A DNA stretch of 61,859 bases. Source: an uncultured Oligoflexia bacterium. GTDB taxonomy: Bacteria > Bdellovibrionota > UBA1018 > CAYHWW01. A program made the position numbers and the translations under genes. Positions 48,093-58,217 of the stretch are shown piece by piece; within the stretch, counting starts at the first letter, position 1, and every line of letters starts with the position of its first letter. The DNA is taken from assembly GCA_964360145.1 (NCBI GenBank), contig CAYHWW010000003.1:1-61859 (forward strand), read 5' to 3'. The notes beneath the pieces were generated by a model. It worked only from the letters and a program-made list of their open reading frames with translations, searched no databases and was not told the origin of the DNA.

Positions 48093-49742
48093 ATGAATCA
48101 TACGCCGTCCCCCGCAGAGCTGAAACTCAAACAAAATATTTCATTGCTTCGCGCTGTCATCGAATCCACTAACGACGGCATCCTGGTCGTCAATACTGAT
48201 GGCAAGATTGTCTGTTACAACCAGAAGTTCATAAGCATCTGGCGCATTCCCATGGATATTATTGAGACTAGAGACGACGAGAGGGCATTGTCCTACGTCC
48301 TTCAGCAGTTGAAGGAACCTGACGCGTTTCTCGCCAAGGTCCACGATCTTTACAAGAGACCCCTGAGTGAAAGCTTCGATGTCCTCGAGTTCAAGGACGG
48401 CAGGATCGTTGAGCGATACTCAAAACCTCATTGCATCGATGAAGAATGCGTTGGCCGTGTGTGGAGCTTCCGCGACATCACTAAGCAGGAAAGCGCAATC
48501 AATGACTTGAGGGCATATCAGGAGAGCCTGGAGCGGCAGATCCTGGAGCGCACGGAGGAAATCCGCAAAGCCAAAGTCTTTGTCGATTCAATCATCGAAA
48601 ACATACCCGATATGATCTCCGTCAAAGAGGCCGCGGGATTGAAATTCCTCAGGCTGAATAGGGCGGGAGAAGAGCTTTGGGGGCATTCCCAAGAAGAGAT
48701 GATTGGAAAGGATGGATACGACTTCCTTTCTAGGGAGCAAGCGGACGCCTTTACAGCCATGGACCGCGCGGTCCTTTCATCAGGCAAGGTCATGGACATC
48801 CCCGAGGAGACGCTGGATGGCGGCAGCCGTGGCGAGCGCGTTTTGCACACGAAAAAAATCCCCATCTACGACGGGGACGGGAATCCTGAATATCTCCTGA
48901 GCATCTCAGAAGATATCACCGAGAAAATACAGGCTGAGAAAAACCGTATTCGACTCATGGAGGAACAAATCTCCAGGATAGCGCTCGAAGAGACCTTGCG
49001 GCTCCGTGATGAATTCATATCCATCGCCTCACATGAGCTCAAAACGCCACTGACCACGCTGCTCATTCAGGTCCAGCTCATCCATAAACTCGTGGAGCAG
49101 GCCACCATCATTGGCATCTCCAAGGAAAAGCTGCTCTCCATGCTGAATACGTCCATACGCCAGGTGGATCGATTTACCAGCCTCATCAATAATCTTCTCG
49201 ATACATCCAGTATCAGCGCCAAGGGTCTTACACTGCATCGTCAGGATACGGACCTGCGCAAGATCATTGGCGATGTTCTCAACAGATTCCAGGCAGAGCT
49301 AAGCAGTGTGGGTAGCTCCCTTGAGGTTCACGTCCTTGACCACATCATCGGGCAATGGGATCGCGCTCGCATCGATCAGGTCGTCGTGAATCTGCTGAGC
49401 AATGCCATGAAGTACGGTGAGGGCAAGCCCATCGAGATCTCCACTGAGTCGACCCCTACCGTGGCCAGGATCGTCGTAGTGGATCATGGCATGGGCATAT
49501 CCCGGAAAGACCAGGAGCGGATCTTCGATCGCTTCGAGCGTGTAGGCTCGGTCCAGGGCATTGCGGGCATGGGACTGGGGCTCTACATCACCCGTCAGAT
49601 CGTGGAAGCCCATGGAGGGACGATCAGCGTAGTCAGTGAGCCGGGGAATGGGTCCAAATTCACCGTGGAGCTACCCCTTCATGGGGCCCATCGCGGGGAC
49701 GTCACGCCTCGTGCCTATGGCGACGCCCCAGTTTTGCATTGA
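48093..49742 (+). CDS. PAS-domain sensor histidine kinase
   Basis: Two PAS-like modules, H-box ISIASHELKTPLTTL, and N/G boxes (NLLSNAMKYG, DHGMGI, GMGLGLYI). Confidence 0.85.
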   Translation: MNHTPSPAELKLKQNISLLRAVIESTNDGILVVNTDGKIVCYNQKFISIWRIPMDIIETRDDERALSYVLQQLKEPDAFLAKVHDLYKRPLSESFDVLEFKDGRIVERYSKPHCIDEECVGRVWSFRDITKQESAINDLRAYQESLERQILERTEEIRKAKVFVDSIIENIPDMISVKEAAGLKFLRLNRAGEELWGHSQEEMIGKDGYDFLSREQADAFTAMDRAVLSSGKVMDIPEETLDGGSRGERVLHTKKIPIYDGDGNPEYLLSISEDITEKIQAEKNRIRLMEEQISRIALEETLRLRDEFISIASHELKTPLTTLLIQVQLIHKLVEQATIIGISKEKLLSMLNTSIRQVDRFTSLINNLLDTSSISAKGLTLHRQDTDLRKIIGDVLNRFQAELSSVGSSLEVHVLDHIIGQWDRARIDQVVVNLLSNAMKYGEGKPIEISTESTPTVARIVVVDHGMGISRKDQERIFDRFERVGSVQGIAGMGLGLYITRQIVEAHGGTISVVSEPGNGSKFTVELPLHGAHRGDVTPRAYGDAPVLH

Positions 49743-49816
49743 GCCGACGTGGCGCATCGCGGCATCAGCATGGAGTCTGTTTGACCGCGATACAGACCCC
49801 ATGTTGAAGTAGGGGT

Positions 49817-50854
49817 ATGGGGTTCAAGCCGCTACTGCTTTTTTCAGGTTATTTTCTTTTCTTAGCCCAACCACTCCTGGCAACGCCTTTGGCGACACAA
49901 AAAAATGTGCTGCAGCGGGCTAAGGACGCGGTGACCACCGCCATGGCGTCCGCACGGCTGGGCGCGAGGGCTAAGCACTTTTATTTGGAAGAAGTGGTGC
50001 CGTACTCAGTCTCTTTCGTGGACGAGTCCGGTGTGGCCTCTTCCGCGCGGATCCAGGATTATTTGCAATTCACAGCCGATGGCCTCGCGACGGTGGAAGA
50101 GGAGGGCCGCAAGACGGTCCCGCTCTGCTACGAGATTCGTGCTGAGGAGGGGTGTGAGTCCTGCGTACAGGCCAGGGACGAGATCGTGAAGTATCTTCCC
50201 AAGCGGTTATCTCGGCGCGGATTCGACGTGCGAGCCTTCGCGGGGCCCACGGTAATCGCCGAAGAGCCCGGTCATGGCACGGGGGACACTTCCGTATTGG
50301 CACCGTTTGAGGCGTACCTCGCGCAAGCCCAGCAGGCGGGCTGCCCCCACGCCTTCTGGGGTTCCCTTTCGCTCGGGGATCGTGGGGCGCTTCGCGGAGT
50401 CTTCTATGCGGATGTCAGGGATACGGGCAAGCGCCACTACCGCGTGGGCTTTCAGGATGTGGTCAGGCGCGATGGCAAGGATGAGGCCCTCTTCGCGCCC
50501 GGCGTGATCTTCCTCGTGCGTGCAACTGAAGCTGTTTATAGTGGCCTCGTCTCCCAGCGACGGGCGGCATCCAACACGGGGGAAGCAGAGGGGCCGTTGC
50601 GGTTAGTGCGGCTTGAGAACGTCGCGACCTTCGCCGACTACGTCATCTTCAAAAAGAAGCTCGTGGATGGCCTTGAAGGTTTGCAAGACCTCGCGGAACG
50701 CACCATGACCCCCGGCTTCGTGGAGTTCGCCGTGGTGGGGGATATCTCGATGGCACAGCTCTCCGCGAAGATCGTCAACACCGTGGGGGCCGAGCCTGTC
50801 ATTGACTCTGTAAAACTCGAGGGTGGTAACATTCTAAGGGTGGTTCTGAAATGA
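49817..50854 (+). CDS. hypothetical secreted protein
   Basis: N-terminal hydrophobic signal, and ATGA overlap with the following lipoprotein gene. I recognised no domain. Confidence 0.55.
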   Translation: MGFKPLLLFSGYFLFLAQPLLATPLATQKNVLQRAKDAVTTAMASARLGARAKHFYLEEVVPYSVSFVDESGVASSARIQDYLQFTADGLATVEEEGRKTVPLCYEIRAEEGCESCVQARDEIVKYLPKRLSRRGFDVRAFAGPTVIAEEPGHGTGDTSVLAPFEAYLAQAQQAGCPHAFWGSLSLGDRGALRGVFYADVRDTGKRHYRVGFQDVVRRDGKDEALFAPGVIFLVRATEAVYSGLVSQRRAASNTGEAEGPLRLVRLENVATFADYVIFKKKLVDGLEGLQDLAERTMTPGFVEFAVVGDISMAQLSAKIVNTVGAEPVIDSVKLEGGNILRVVLK

Positions 50855-51834
50855 AGAAACTCACGATTGCACTGGTGCTCACGATACTTGTGGGCACGGT
50901 GGGCTGCACGCGCTCCGTCAAGTACCAGCGGGACCAGGAGTATTACACCCGGGATGATCGTTACGAAGCAGCGCGGGGGTCGGAAGCAGCGGACCGCATC
51001 GAGAAGTTCGGAGCTCCGAAAAAGCGCATCTTCGTCATGCCCTTCGAGAATACCACGCCCTATGGCCGCCCCAACGCGGGTAGTGGCGGCGTGGACGAGC
51101 TGGGACTCTTCGCCGCTGACGAGCTCTCCCGCGAGTTGCGCAGCTCCGGACGAGGCATCGTCCCCGAAGGTATCGCGAGCGCGAGTACCTCCCGGGACTT
51201 CTTTGTGGGCGATAAGGTGCGAGCATCATCTCTTTTGCGGGAGGCACGTAAACTCAACGTCACTGTGGTGATCATCGGTCGTATCACTAAGATCCGTTAC
51301 CGCCAGAAGGGTGACCCTGTGGGGCTGCTGAGAAAGCGCCAATCCGTGGCCGCCGTGGAACTTGAGATGCGGGTCTACGATGTGGTGGATGGCAAAGAGC
51401 TCTACAGCGAAACGAAGCTCGCGGAGGGGAGCAGCTCTTCCATGAATCTTTTCAGCAAAGCGGATTCCGACTCGCCGGAGTCCCGCAGGGATCTCATCCA
51501 GGAGGCCATCAGAAATGGCTCCACAGCCTTCTCTAAATCCCTGGCGCGCGTGTTGGACAAAGTGGCCTGGGAGGGACGCATTGCGAAGATCGTGAACCCC
51601 TACGTCTACGTCAATGCCGGCAAGGCATCAGGGATCGCCTTAGGTGATATTCTGAAAGTGATCAGCCCCGGCGAGGATGTCTACGACCCGGTCACAGGCG
51701 CCGCCATGGGGCGAGCCCGTGGCCAGGTGAAAGGCACCTTGGAGGTCGTGGATTACCTCGGTGCGGACGGCGCCATTACCCGAGTTCATAGTGGGGGTGG
51801 ATTTCAAGAACAAGACCAGGTCCAGTTATATTAA
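50851..51834 (+). CDS. lipoprotein, CsgG/LpoB-like N-terminal half
   Basis: Lipobox LVGTVGC. The segment KKRIFVMPFENTT...VVIIGRITK resembles CsgG/LpoB-type lipoproteins, a weak assignment from memory. Confidence 0.45.
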   Translation: MKKLTIALVLTILVGTVGCTRSVKYQRDQEYYTRDDRYEAARGSEAADRIEKFGAPKKRIFVMPFENTTPYGRPNAGSGGVDELGLFAADELSRELRSSGRGIVPEGIASASTSRDFFVGDKVRASSLLREARKLNVTVVIIGRITKIRYRQKGDPVGLLRKRQSVAAVELEMRVYDVVDGKELYSETKLAEGSSSSMNLFSKADSDSPESRRDLIQEAIRNGSTAFSKSLARVLDKVAWEGRIAKIVNPYVYVNAGKASGIALGDILKVISPGEDVYDPVTGAAMGRARGQVKGTLEVVDYLGADGAITRVHSGGGFQEQDQVQLY

Positions 51835-51849
51835 GGGTTAGGCTCGGTC

Positions 51850-51950
51850 TTTTGCCGGGGAGCTTCGTTGTCGTCGTCGTGGCCTCCACGCAGCGCACAT
51901 GAGTGCGCTTTGGTCGGCCACTTCCTCCTCCGCCTCGCTCGCCGGCAAAA
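51850..51950 (-). repeat. 101-bp palindromic intergenic repeat, copy B (inverted relative to copy A)
   Basis: Its reverse complement matches 18835-18935 at 97 of 101 positions. It lies between convergent stops at 51834 and 51985. Confidence 0.85.
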
Positions 51951-51984
51951 GCCCTTCGCCTAGCCTTAGACTCTGTTTCGCTAT

Positions 51985-52362
51985 CTAGGCGGGGGGGAGT
52001 TCGCGGATGGCGGTGACTAGGTCGCGATGGGAGAATGGCTTGCAGAAGACGGCTTTGGCGCCTTGAGTGATGGTGTCGTGTCCCATTTGCAAGCTGTCGC
52101 CGGAGATGAGAAAGACGACAGGCATGGGGCCGGGAAGAGTCTTTAGCCTGTGCAGCAACTCCATGCCACCGCACACCGGCATACGAATGTCCGAGACCAC
52201 CACGTCAAATGACTCAGCTTGGGCGACTAGGAGAGCGGAGGCACCATTATCCGCGGTTTTGACGTAAAATCCCTCCATCTCAAAGAGCATGGCCATGCTC
52301 TCCCGGATGCCTTCTTCGTCATCAACGATGAGTATTCTTTGTATTTGATTCTTCTGCCCCAT
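51985..52362 (-). CDS. single-domain (CheY-like) response regulator
   Basis: Receiver motifs ILIVDDEEGIRE, VVVSDIRMP and VVFLISG. No output domain. Confidence 0.85.
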   Translation of the reverse strand: MGQKNQIQRILIVDDEEGIRESMAMLFEMEGFYVKTADNGASALLVAQAESFDVVVSDIRMPVCGGMELLHRLKTLPGPMPVVFLISGDSLQMGHDTITQGAKAVFCKPFSHRDLVTAIRELPPA

Positions 52363-52417
52363 GGATCGGCGAGAGGAGCATAAAACAGAGGCTATCGTCT
52401 ATCTTGTTCTGAAGAGG

Positions 52418-53578
52418 TCAGAACGGCTCTATGACCACGTATCTCTCGAGGGCAGCGCGGAGCGCGGTAGGGCACTGGGCGGCATCCTGGAACTGGAGAC
52501 GAAAAGGGTAGGCTGTATAAATGGGGACACTGGGGTTGGCGTTTAGGTTGTAATCTGCTGTCAGTGTCATGCTCGCCGGGTATCCCGGAGATAAAACAAA
52601 TTCATACCCTCCGTGTAAACCACCACTACAGGCAGTATTTACGATGGAATCGATTGTCCCGGCATCCATGGCGATGGAGCCAGGCAGCGTAAGGTTACCC
52701 ACTCGTATTAGCCGGTGCTCCCGCATCGCTTGGGGCGAATCGATCTCGTACCAGGCGAGATCAATCTTAGTGTAGGGCGTGTAGCCCCGCAGCATTGCTG
52801 GTGTGACAGCGGTGAGGGTCAAGATGTTAAAGGGGGTTGTCCCCGGCAGAGCTCTTTCTGTTTCAAAGTCATGGGAGAAGAGAAAACCAACGTAGGCGCG
52901 GGCCTCAGCGCTTGATTGATAGTGTTCCACCTCGGTCATTGCCGCCAGGCAATCCCGGCGGCCAGATCCTTCAGGAAGCCGGAAACATGCGACGTAACCC
53001 GGCAATCTGCGTTCGCGTTGGGAAAGCGGCATCAGGGCATAACTGACTTCGTGGAATATCAACGCTGCCCGGTGGGCCAGTGAAAGGCGATTCCAGTGCT
53101 CGCGGTGGATGCGGATGGCGCCATCGCGGCGAACCGCCAGTTGAACGGGGCGGCCCCCGGGGAACTCAATGACTGAGTCCTCGTCCTGAATATCCATGAG
53201 CCGCGGGGCAACAATCGCCCAGTGATAAGCACGGATCGCTTTCGCGTAGGTCAAGGCCAAGCCAGGACTGAAACTCTCGATTTCGCGTAGCTTGCCCACA
53301 ATTAAATCCACGGGGAAAACAGAGGGGTCCAAGGCTTGCGAAATGGAGTCCATCCATATTTGGCTGGGCGCACGGGGGGGGCGAACCCGAGGGCTGGACT
53401 CGACGCCTGCCTCGACTAAATCCAGGAGATACAAATGACCATTCATGATGATGCCATCACCACCATTGCCGGCACGGTCGTCAGCGGAGTGCGCCGCCGT
53501 GGGCACCACGGAGAGGGCCAACAAGAGGAGGGGTAGGATGAAAAAGCCACGAGATTCACTGACGGATTTTGTTTTCAT
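52418..53578 (-). CDS. secreted hypothetical protein (GNGG/HE motif family)
   Basis: Signal peptide FFILPLLLLALSVVPTAAHS followed by AGNGGDG. It overlaps the upstream TIGR02147-type gene by 23 nt. Confidence 0.6.
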   Translation of the reverse strand: MKTKSVSESRGFFILPLLLLALSVVPTAAHSADDRAGNGGDGIIMNGHLYLLDLVEAGVESSPRVRPPRAPSQIWMDSISQALDPSVFPVDLIVGKLREIESFSPGLALTYAKAIRAYHWAIVAPRLMDIQDEDSVIEFPGGRPVQLAVRRDGAIRIHREHWNRLSLAHRAALIFHEVSYALMPLSQRERRLPGYVACFRLPEGSGRRDCLAAMTEVEHYQSSAEARAYVGFLFSHDFETERALPGTTPFNILTLTAVTPAMLRGYTPYTKIDLAWYEIDSPQAMREHRLIRVGNLTLPGSIAMDAGTIDSIVNTACSGGLHGGYEFVLSPGYPASMTLTADYNLNANPSVPIYTAYPFRLQFQDAAQCPTALRAALERYVVIEPF

Positions 53579-54419
53579 GGGAGAGCTCCGGGTACTGCGT
53601 GAGTGGGAAAAGTTGGGTTTGGATCTGGTAGACCGCGTCGCCGGTCCCTGTTTCGCTGAACTGACGGACGAACTCGTCCTCCATCCTGCGAATGAAATCT
53701 TTCATCTGCGGTATCTTCGCCGTGGAGACGGCAAGCGTGATGCTTGAGATCTGGCGTTTCTCCACGGGCACGGTGCGAACTGCTTCTTGAGCCAAGGCTA
53801 AAGCACCCTCATGAAATCTCTTCAGGCCTTCCTGGCTGATGTCCTCCAGGGTCTGGATGCCCTTGCCCGCGGTGATTCGAAGTCGCTTTGTCTTCGGATC
53901 ACGTTCGAGCAGGTTGAGTTGGAGCATCGTATCCAGCGCACGGGCGATGTCCCTCGGGTTGACCTTGAAGCGGAGGCGCTGGGCGATCCACTGGGGGTCT
54001 TCAAGAAAGCCAGGCAAGCGCGTGAGTTGACGGATGGCGTAATACCACCAGTGTGAAATGGCTGAAAATGTCTTCACATCGAGCAAAATGAAGGGGCCAG
54101 TGGGGCGGCGTTTTTCAAGGCGTTCTTTGACCATCAGGGATAGCTCGGGGTCCCCCTTCACCTTGGAGAGGCGTACGAGATCTTCAAAGTAGGCCCGTTC
54201 TTTCACTCCGAAGCGAAAGTAACGGAGGAGCTTTTCAAGGATCTCGGGCCCGGCATCCCGTTGACCATGAATGATTTTCAGTAGAGACGTGTTGTTCTTC
54301 AGACCGAGTTTCTTGGCCCATGCCTGGTAGCTCCAAGAGGGATTCCGCTTCTTGGCATCCTCAAAGTGAGTCACGAGATAGGAGCGGTAGTCGACATGGC
54401 TGAAAACTGTATTCTTCAC
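53556..54419 (-). CDS. TIGR02147/DUF4423-family HTH protein, paralog 2
   Basis: YRSYLVTHFEDAKKRNPSWSYQAWAKKLGLKNNTSLLKIIHGQR has the same architecture as the protein at 22356-23147. GTG start. Confidence 0.65.
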   Translation of the reverse strand: MKNTVFSHVDYRSYLVTHFEDAKKRNPSWSYQAWAKKLGLKNNTSLLKIIHGQRDAGPEILEKLLRYFRFGVKERAYFEDLVRLSKVKGDPELSLMVKERLEKRRPTGPFILLDVKTFSAISHWWYYAIRQLTRLPGFLEDPQWIAQRLRFKVNPRDIARALDTMLQLNLLERDPKTKRLRITAGKGIQTLEDISQEGLKRFHEGALALAQEAVRTVPVEKRQISSITLAVSTAKIPQMKDFIRRMEDEFVRQFSETGTGDAVYQIQTQLFPLTQYPELSHENKIRQ

Positions 54420-54562
54420 GCCATGATGGAATAGGCGTAGTCCACAGGCATTTCAAGATTTAATGCAGGCAGATTGCCATATTCGCAGGCAATAGTGCCT
54501 GTGACGGGCCGCGCCGAAGAGTTTCATGGCACTTTCCTGGGCTCCTGGTTACTCTCAGGATC

Positions 54563-55972
54563 ATGGCGACGCATGAAAAAACCCATGGGAATGAAGTCTC
54601 TTGCCGCCCGCTACAGAGCATATTCCAGTTTCTGAGAGACCGCCAGATTCCAGCAGAGGCCGTGTTCGGCGGCGCTTCCTACGCCATCGATTACATGAGG
54701 AACCCGAACAATCGCATCAGCTGGAGCGAGCTGGTGAAGTGCCTCGCCCGCCTCTCTGATGTCTCCGGTGGGCAATCCGGGCTTGAGGCCGTGGGCGAGC
54801 TGTCGCCAGGTTCCATGGAATTCACTCAGCTCAATAAACTGCTTGGTTTTTTCGCGGATAGCCGCCTTGGCTATTGGGGGCTCATGAAACTGATGCCCTC
54901 ATTTTTCCGAAATGTCCGTTTCCAATTCATCGATTCTGGTTCGCGAAGAATTCGCATCATTATGGAGATTCCAGAGGAGTATGAGGATTGTCCGGCCTTC
55001 TTCATGATTTGGGTGGGGGGGTTGAGAAGCACTCCCCGGGTTTATGCTCAACCCAACTCCGTGGTTCATCTGGCGATCACCGAGCGTAAAGGCGTATTTG
55101 ACATTGTTCTACCGCCTTCAGCCACGATCTTTTCCCGGATCCGGCGAGCGCTGCGGGTGCTATTCGCGGCCCGGGCCGTCATTGAAGAGATTTCCAGCCA
55201 GGATCGCGCCATTCGTCAGACGCAACAAGCCCTTGTTGATTCTCAGATGAACCTCCAGCTTGCAACGCAGATGTCCGCACTTTCGAAACTGGCGGCATTG
55301 GGCGACATGGCAGGCGGCGTAGCCCATGAAATCAACAACCCACTGACGATTATTGGGCTCACTGCCGCCAATGCTCGGGAAAAGCTCAAGGATGAGAGCG
55401 TAAGCCGACAAGCCATCGCCGATCAGTTGGCCCTCATTGAGCGCACCGTGGAGCGCATGGCGAGAATAGTGTCATCAATGAGGGCCTTTGCCCGGGACGC
55501 TGAAAATGACCCCTTCACTTTCGTGCCGGTGCGGACAATTATCGAGGACACGCTCAATCTTTGTCGCGAGAAATTCAAGAGCCGGGGGGTGGACCTTCAA
55601 ATCCGTCCTATCGATGCCGATCTCACGTTGGAGTGCCGCTCGACTCAGATCTCTCAAGTGCTCCTGAATCTCTTGAGCAATGCCCTGGACGCCGCCAGCA
55701 CTTCATCCGAAAAATGGGTACGCATCGAGATCACCGAAGTAGGAACGTATATTCGTTTCGCTGTCATCGATAGCGGTTCAGGGGTGCCGCCAGCGGCGAG
55801 AGCCAGGATTTTTGAACCATTCTTTTCGTTGAAGCCTGTTGATAAAGGCACGGGCCTAGGCCTCAGCACGGCGGTGGGCGTGGTCTCTAGCCACAGGGGA
55901 ACCCTCACCCTGGATCCCGCCACGCCCCACACATGTTTTGTGGCATTGATCCCACAAAAGCGCGTAGCGTAG
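54563..55972 (+). CDS. histidine kinase (cytoplasmic sensor region, HisKA + HATPase_c)
   Basis: H-box MAGGVAHEINNPLTII and N/G boxes (NLLSNALDA, DSGSGV, GTGLGLS). No adjacent cognate regulator. Confidence 0.8.
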   Translation: MATHEKTHGNEVSCRPLQSIFQFLRDRQIPAEAVFGGASYAIDYMRNPNNRISWSELVKCLARLSDVSGGQSGLEAVGELSPGSMEFTQLNKLLGFFADSRLGYWGLMKLMPSFFRNVRFQFIDSGSRRIRIIMEIPEEYEDCPAFFMIWVGGLRSTPRVYAQPNSVVHLAITERKGVFDIVLPPSATIFSRIRRALRVLFAARAVIEEISSQDRAIRQTQQALVDSQMNLQLATQMSALSKLAALGDMAGGVAHEINNPLTIIGLTAANAREKLKDESVSRQAIADQLALIERTVERMARIVSSMRAFARDAENDPFTFVPVRTIIEDTLNLCREKFKSRGVDLQIRPIDADLTLECRSTQISQVLLNLLSNALDAASTSSEKWVRIEITEVGTYIRFAVIDSGSGVPPAARARIFEPFFSLKPVDKGTGLGLSTAVGVVSSHRGTLTLDPATPHTCFVALIPQKRVA

Positions 55973-55989
55973 AAAATGGAAGATACAGC

Positions 55990-56433
55990 TCACGACGCTC
56001 TGCTCTTTTTAGCGCAACTCGAACAGTGTCCGTAGAAGATAATTGATAGATTAGCCTTTGAGAAGCCATGGATGTCTTTAAGTGCCGCATCGATCTTCTC
56101 GAACAGCGCTTTATTGCCGCGATTGAGTTTCCCGCAGGATTTACAGATGAAGTAGTCATGGACCCTGCGGTCGAAGATGTATTGAAACCGTTTACCGACG
56201 CTTGGTAGATTCAGTTCTTGGATGAGATCGAGCCTCTTGAATGCTTCGAGATTCCGGTAAATGCTCGAACGATCAACCCCGGGCATGTGCTTTTCCATGA
56301 AAACATGGATTTCCTTGAGAGAGATCTGCTTCGTGCTGTTGTCGAGCACATATTGGAGCATGAGCTTGCGGGCCGGAGTGATGCGCATCTCGTTCGACCT
56401 AAGCACGGCGAGGAGGTCTTTGTGTTTCTTCAT
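55990..56433 (-). CDS. Fur-family transcriptional regulator
   Basis: N-terminal wHTH (MRITPARKLMLQYV) and two CxxC pairs (CKSCGK, CSSCAK). Confidence 0.8.
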   Translation of the reverse strand: MKKHKDLLAVLRSNEMRITPARKLMLQYVLDNSTKQISLKEIHVFMEKHMPGVDRSSIYRNLEAFKRLDLIQELNLPSVGKRFQYIFDRRVHDYFICKSCGKLNRGNKALFEKIDAALKDIHGFSKANLSIIFYGHCSSCAKKSRAS

Positions 56434-56521
56434 AAAGTACCCGGCGTAAGCTAGCGGACTTGCTTCGTTGGGTCAGTATAAATATTGGGGATGGCGTTTA
56501 CATCATTACAGGTATAGTCAC

Positions 56522-57208
56522 TCAATCCTTCACCCAGAGCTCGAGTTTATCTGATGCGATGGGTTCACTCCGGACCAAAGTGTAACCGGGCGGCATATCA
56601 CCACCAAAGCCATGATATGTGACAACTCGAGTGTCTTTTCGGGCGCGAAAGAGCTTCCGCTGAACGATGCGGATATATTTTTCATAGAAAAACCATGTGT
56701 TCGAGACACCCTGATCTATTTTGAATCGGTCCCCGTAAAGATTCTCTACAAATGGATTGAAGAGGTAAAAACCATCGAAGTGCGCCCAGTCCATGTCCAT
56801 CATGTTCCCGTGAACGAAGGAAGCGTCTTCAATCTTGTGGCGAATGGCAAGGTCGCGGCACATCGCAACGAGGTAGTCACGCTGTTCGACCCCTGTGAAA
56901 ACGCCTTCCGTGGTCAATGCGCCCACTAGACAGAATTTTCCTGCACCTGAGCCAACATCAAGAATGCGCGCACCGTCATGAGTCACGAGCAGCTCGGCGG
57001 CTCTTCTAGCAACACGCACGGGCGTCCAGTGCATCTCTGAGAGCCTGTAAATGGGATCTGGGTAGATCTGGTCGAACCTTTTGTCCGAGACTCTCTGCTT
57101 CGCGCGGAGCTTCTTGATGCAATCAAGAGGGTCCGCGATGTGGGGGCTGGATGGGGGCTCGATCACGCCCAGTGACTGATGAGCACTGACGTCCTGTTTG
57201 CAGCTCAT
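56522..57208 (-). CDS. class I SAM-dependent methyltransferase
   Basis: Motif I ILDVGSGAGKFCL. The ATG at 57208 is preferred to the upstream non-ATG start at 57250. Confidence 0.7.
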   Translation of the reverse strand: MSCKQDVSAHQSLGVIEPPSSPHIADPLDCIKKLRAKQRVSDKRFDQIYPDPIYRLSEMHWTPVRVARRAAELLVTHDGARILDVGSGAGKFCLVGALTTEGVFTGVEQRDYLVAMCRDLAIRHKIEDASFVHGNMMDMDWAHFDGFYLFNPFVENLYGDRFKIDQGVSNTWFFYEKYIRIVQRKLFRARKDTRVVTYHGFGGDMPPGYTLVRSEPIASDKLELWVKD

Positions 57209-57262
57209 ACCCCCATCGTAAACCTCTAATGCAACAAGGTGCAATAGCAAACGTCGAGCGTA

Positions 57263-57379
57263 TTAGAACTCGCGTTGCGCCGCGGGGCGTCCCTCTTTGT
57301 GGGATTCGTTATAGAGGTGAATGAGGGCCAGCATAGTCATAAGCAGCACTAACCAGTAGACTTGCTGTCTTCTTTTCAA
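57263..57379 (-). CDS. possible 38-aa single-TM peptide translationally coupled to the DUF1275 gene
   Basis: The TTG start overlaps the DUF1275 stop (TTGA). Sequence (M)KRRQQVYWLVLLMTMLALIHLYNESHKEGRPAAQREF. It is below the ORF-track size cutoff, and no SD is visible. Confidence 0.25.
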   Translation of the reverse strand: MKRRQQVYWLVLLMTMLALIHLYNESHKEGRPAAQREF

Positions 57380-58116
57380 TGACGTCTCCTAAGCCTTGCG
57401 AGGCGTCTTCGTGGACCGAGTGCTTCATAAATAGAATAAGCTGATAATGTCGCTGGCAGCAGGAACCCGAGATAGTGAAACTTCAGATAAAAATAGGACC
57501 CAATCAGGGAACCCATGATGAAGGCTGAGATCGTGCCCATGCGAAGACGGACTGCTTGCATCTCCATGCGAAAGACCGCGGGGTTTGAAAAGGCCCTCAC
57601 AAGCCCCGTGCCGAGGTCGGTGGTCACGCCGGTCAGGTGCGTCGTTCGAACCGTCGCCCCTGATGACGTCGATATCGCCGCGTTCTGAAGACCGCTTGCG
57701 GCGCAGAGCAGCGCAAGAAGCATATAGTCTTTGCTGAGGCGGGGCTCACTCCCAAAGCTGCCAAAGAGATCGAAGTGGCCACCCAGGGCAGCCCCCAGGA
57801 GGCAAAGGCACACAAGACTCATGACAAGCGCGTAATGGGGGCGTTGTCCGCGATGAACCCGCCGGTCCACAAGGTACGCTGAAACCATGACGCCCAGCAG
57901 AAAGAATAATGGAAGTGAGACAATCCCCGCCGCCTGATCCCACTGGCCTTTCGTGGCGTCAGCAGCGAAAAGCGTAGCAAAGCCAGTCACGTGACTCACA
58001 AAGCGGTGGGCACTTAAAAAACCCCCCGCATTCACGCAACCTGCAATGAAGCTTAGTAAAAACCACTGAAAGTGGGTTCTCCAAGATCTTGCTTTATTGA
58101 ATTGGTGTCGAAACAT
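57376..58116 (-). CDS. DUF1275/YoaK-family membrane protein
   Basis: LLSFIAGCVNAGGFLSAHRFVSHVTG is the family-typical first helices. About six TM segments. Confidence 0.7.
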   Translation of the reverse strand: MFRHQFNKARSWRTHFQWFLLSFIAGCVNAGGFLSAHRFVSHVTGFATLFAADATKGQWDQAAGIVSLPLFFLLGVMVSAYLVDRRVHRGQRPHYALVMSLVCLCLLGAALGGHFDLFGSFGSEPRLSKDYMLLALLCAASGLQNAAISTSSGATVRTTHLTGVTTDLGTGLVRAFSNPAVFRMEMQAVRLRMGTISAFIMGSLIGSYFYLKFHYLGFLLPATLSAYSIYEALGPRRRLARLRRRH

Positions 58117-58217
58117 GACTGCTTACCAGCGTACGACAAACATCGGGTGTTTGTATTCAGGAATGACAGATCTCAGCTGGCGCGTTTATGGTATCAACGT
58201 AGTTTCAATCTCATCCC

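Noticed and set aside
54419-54563. TGGCACTTTCCTGGGC upstream of the histidine kinase at 54563 as a possible sigma-54 promoter.
   Set aside because: The -24 hexamer is perfect, but the -12 position reads GG instead of the essential GC at the required spacing.
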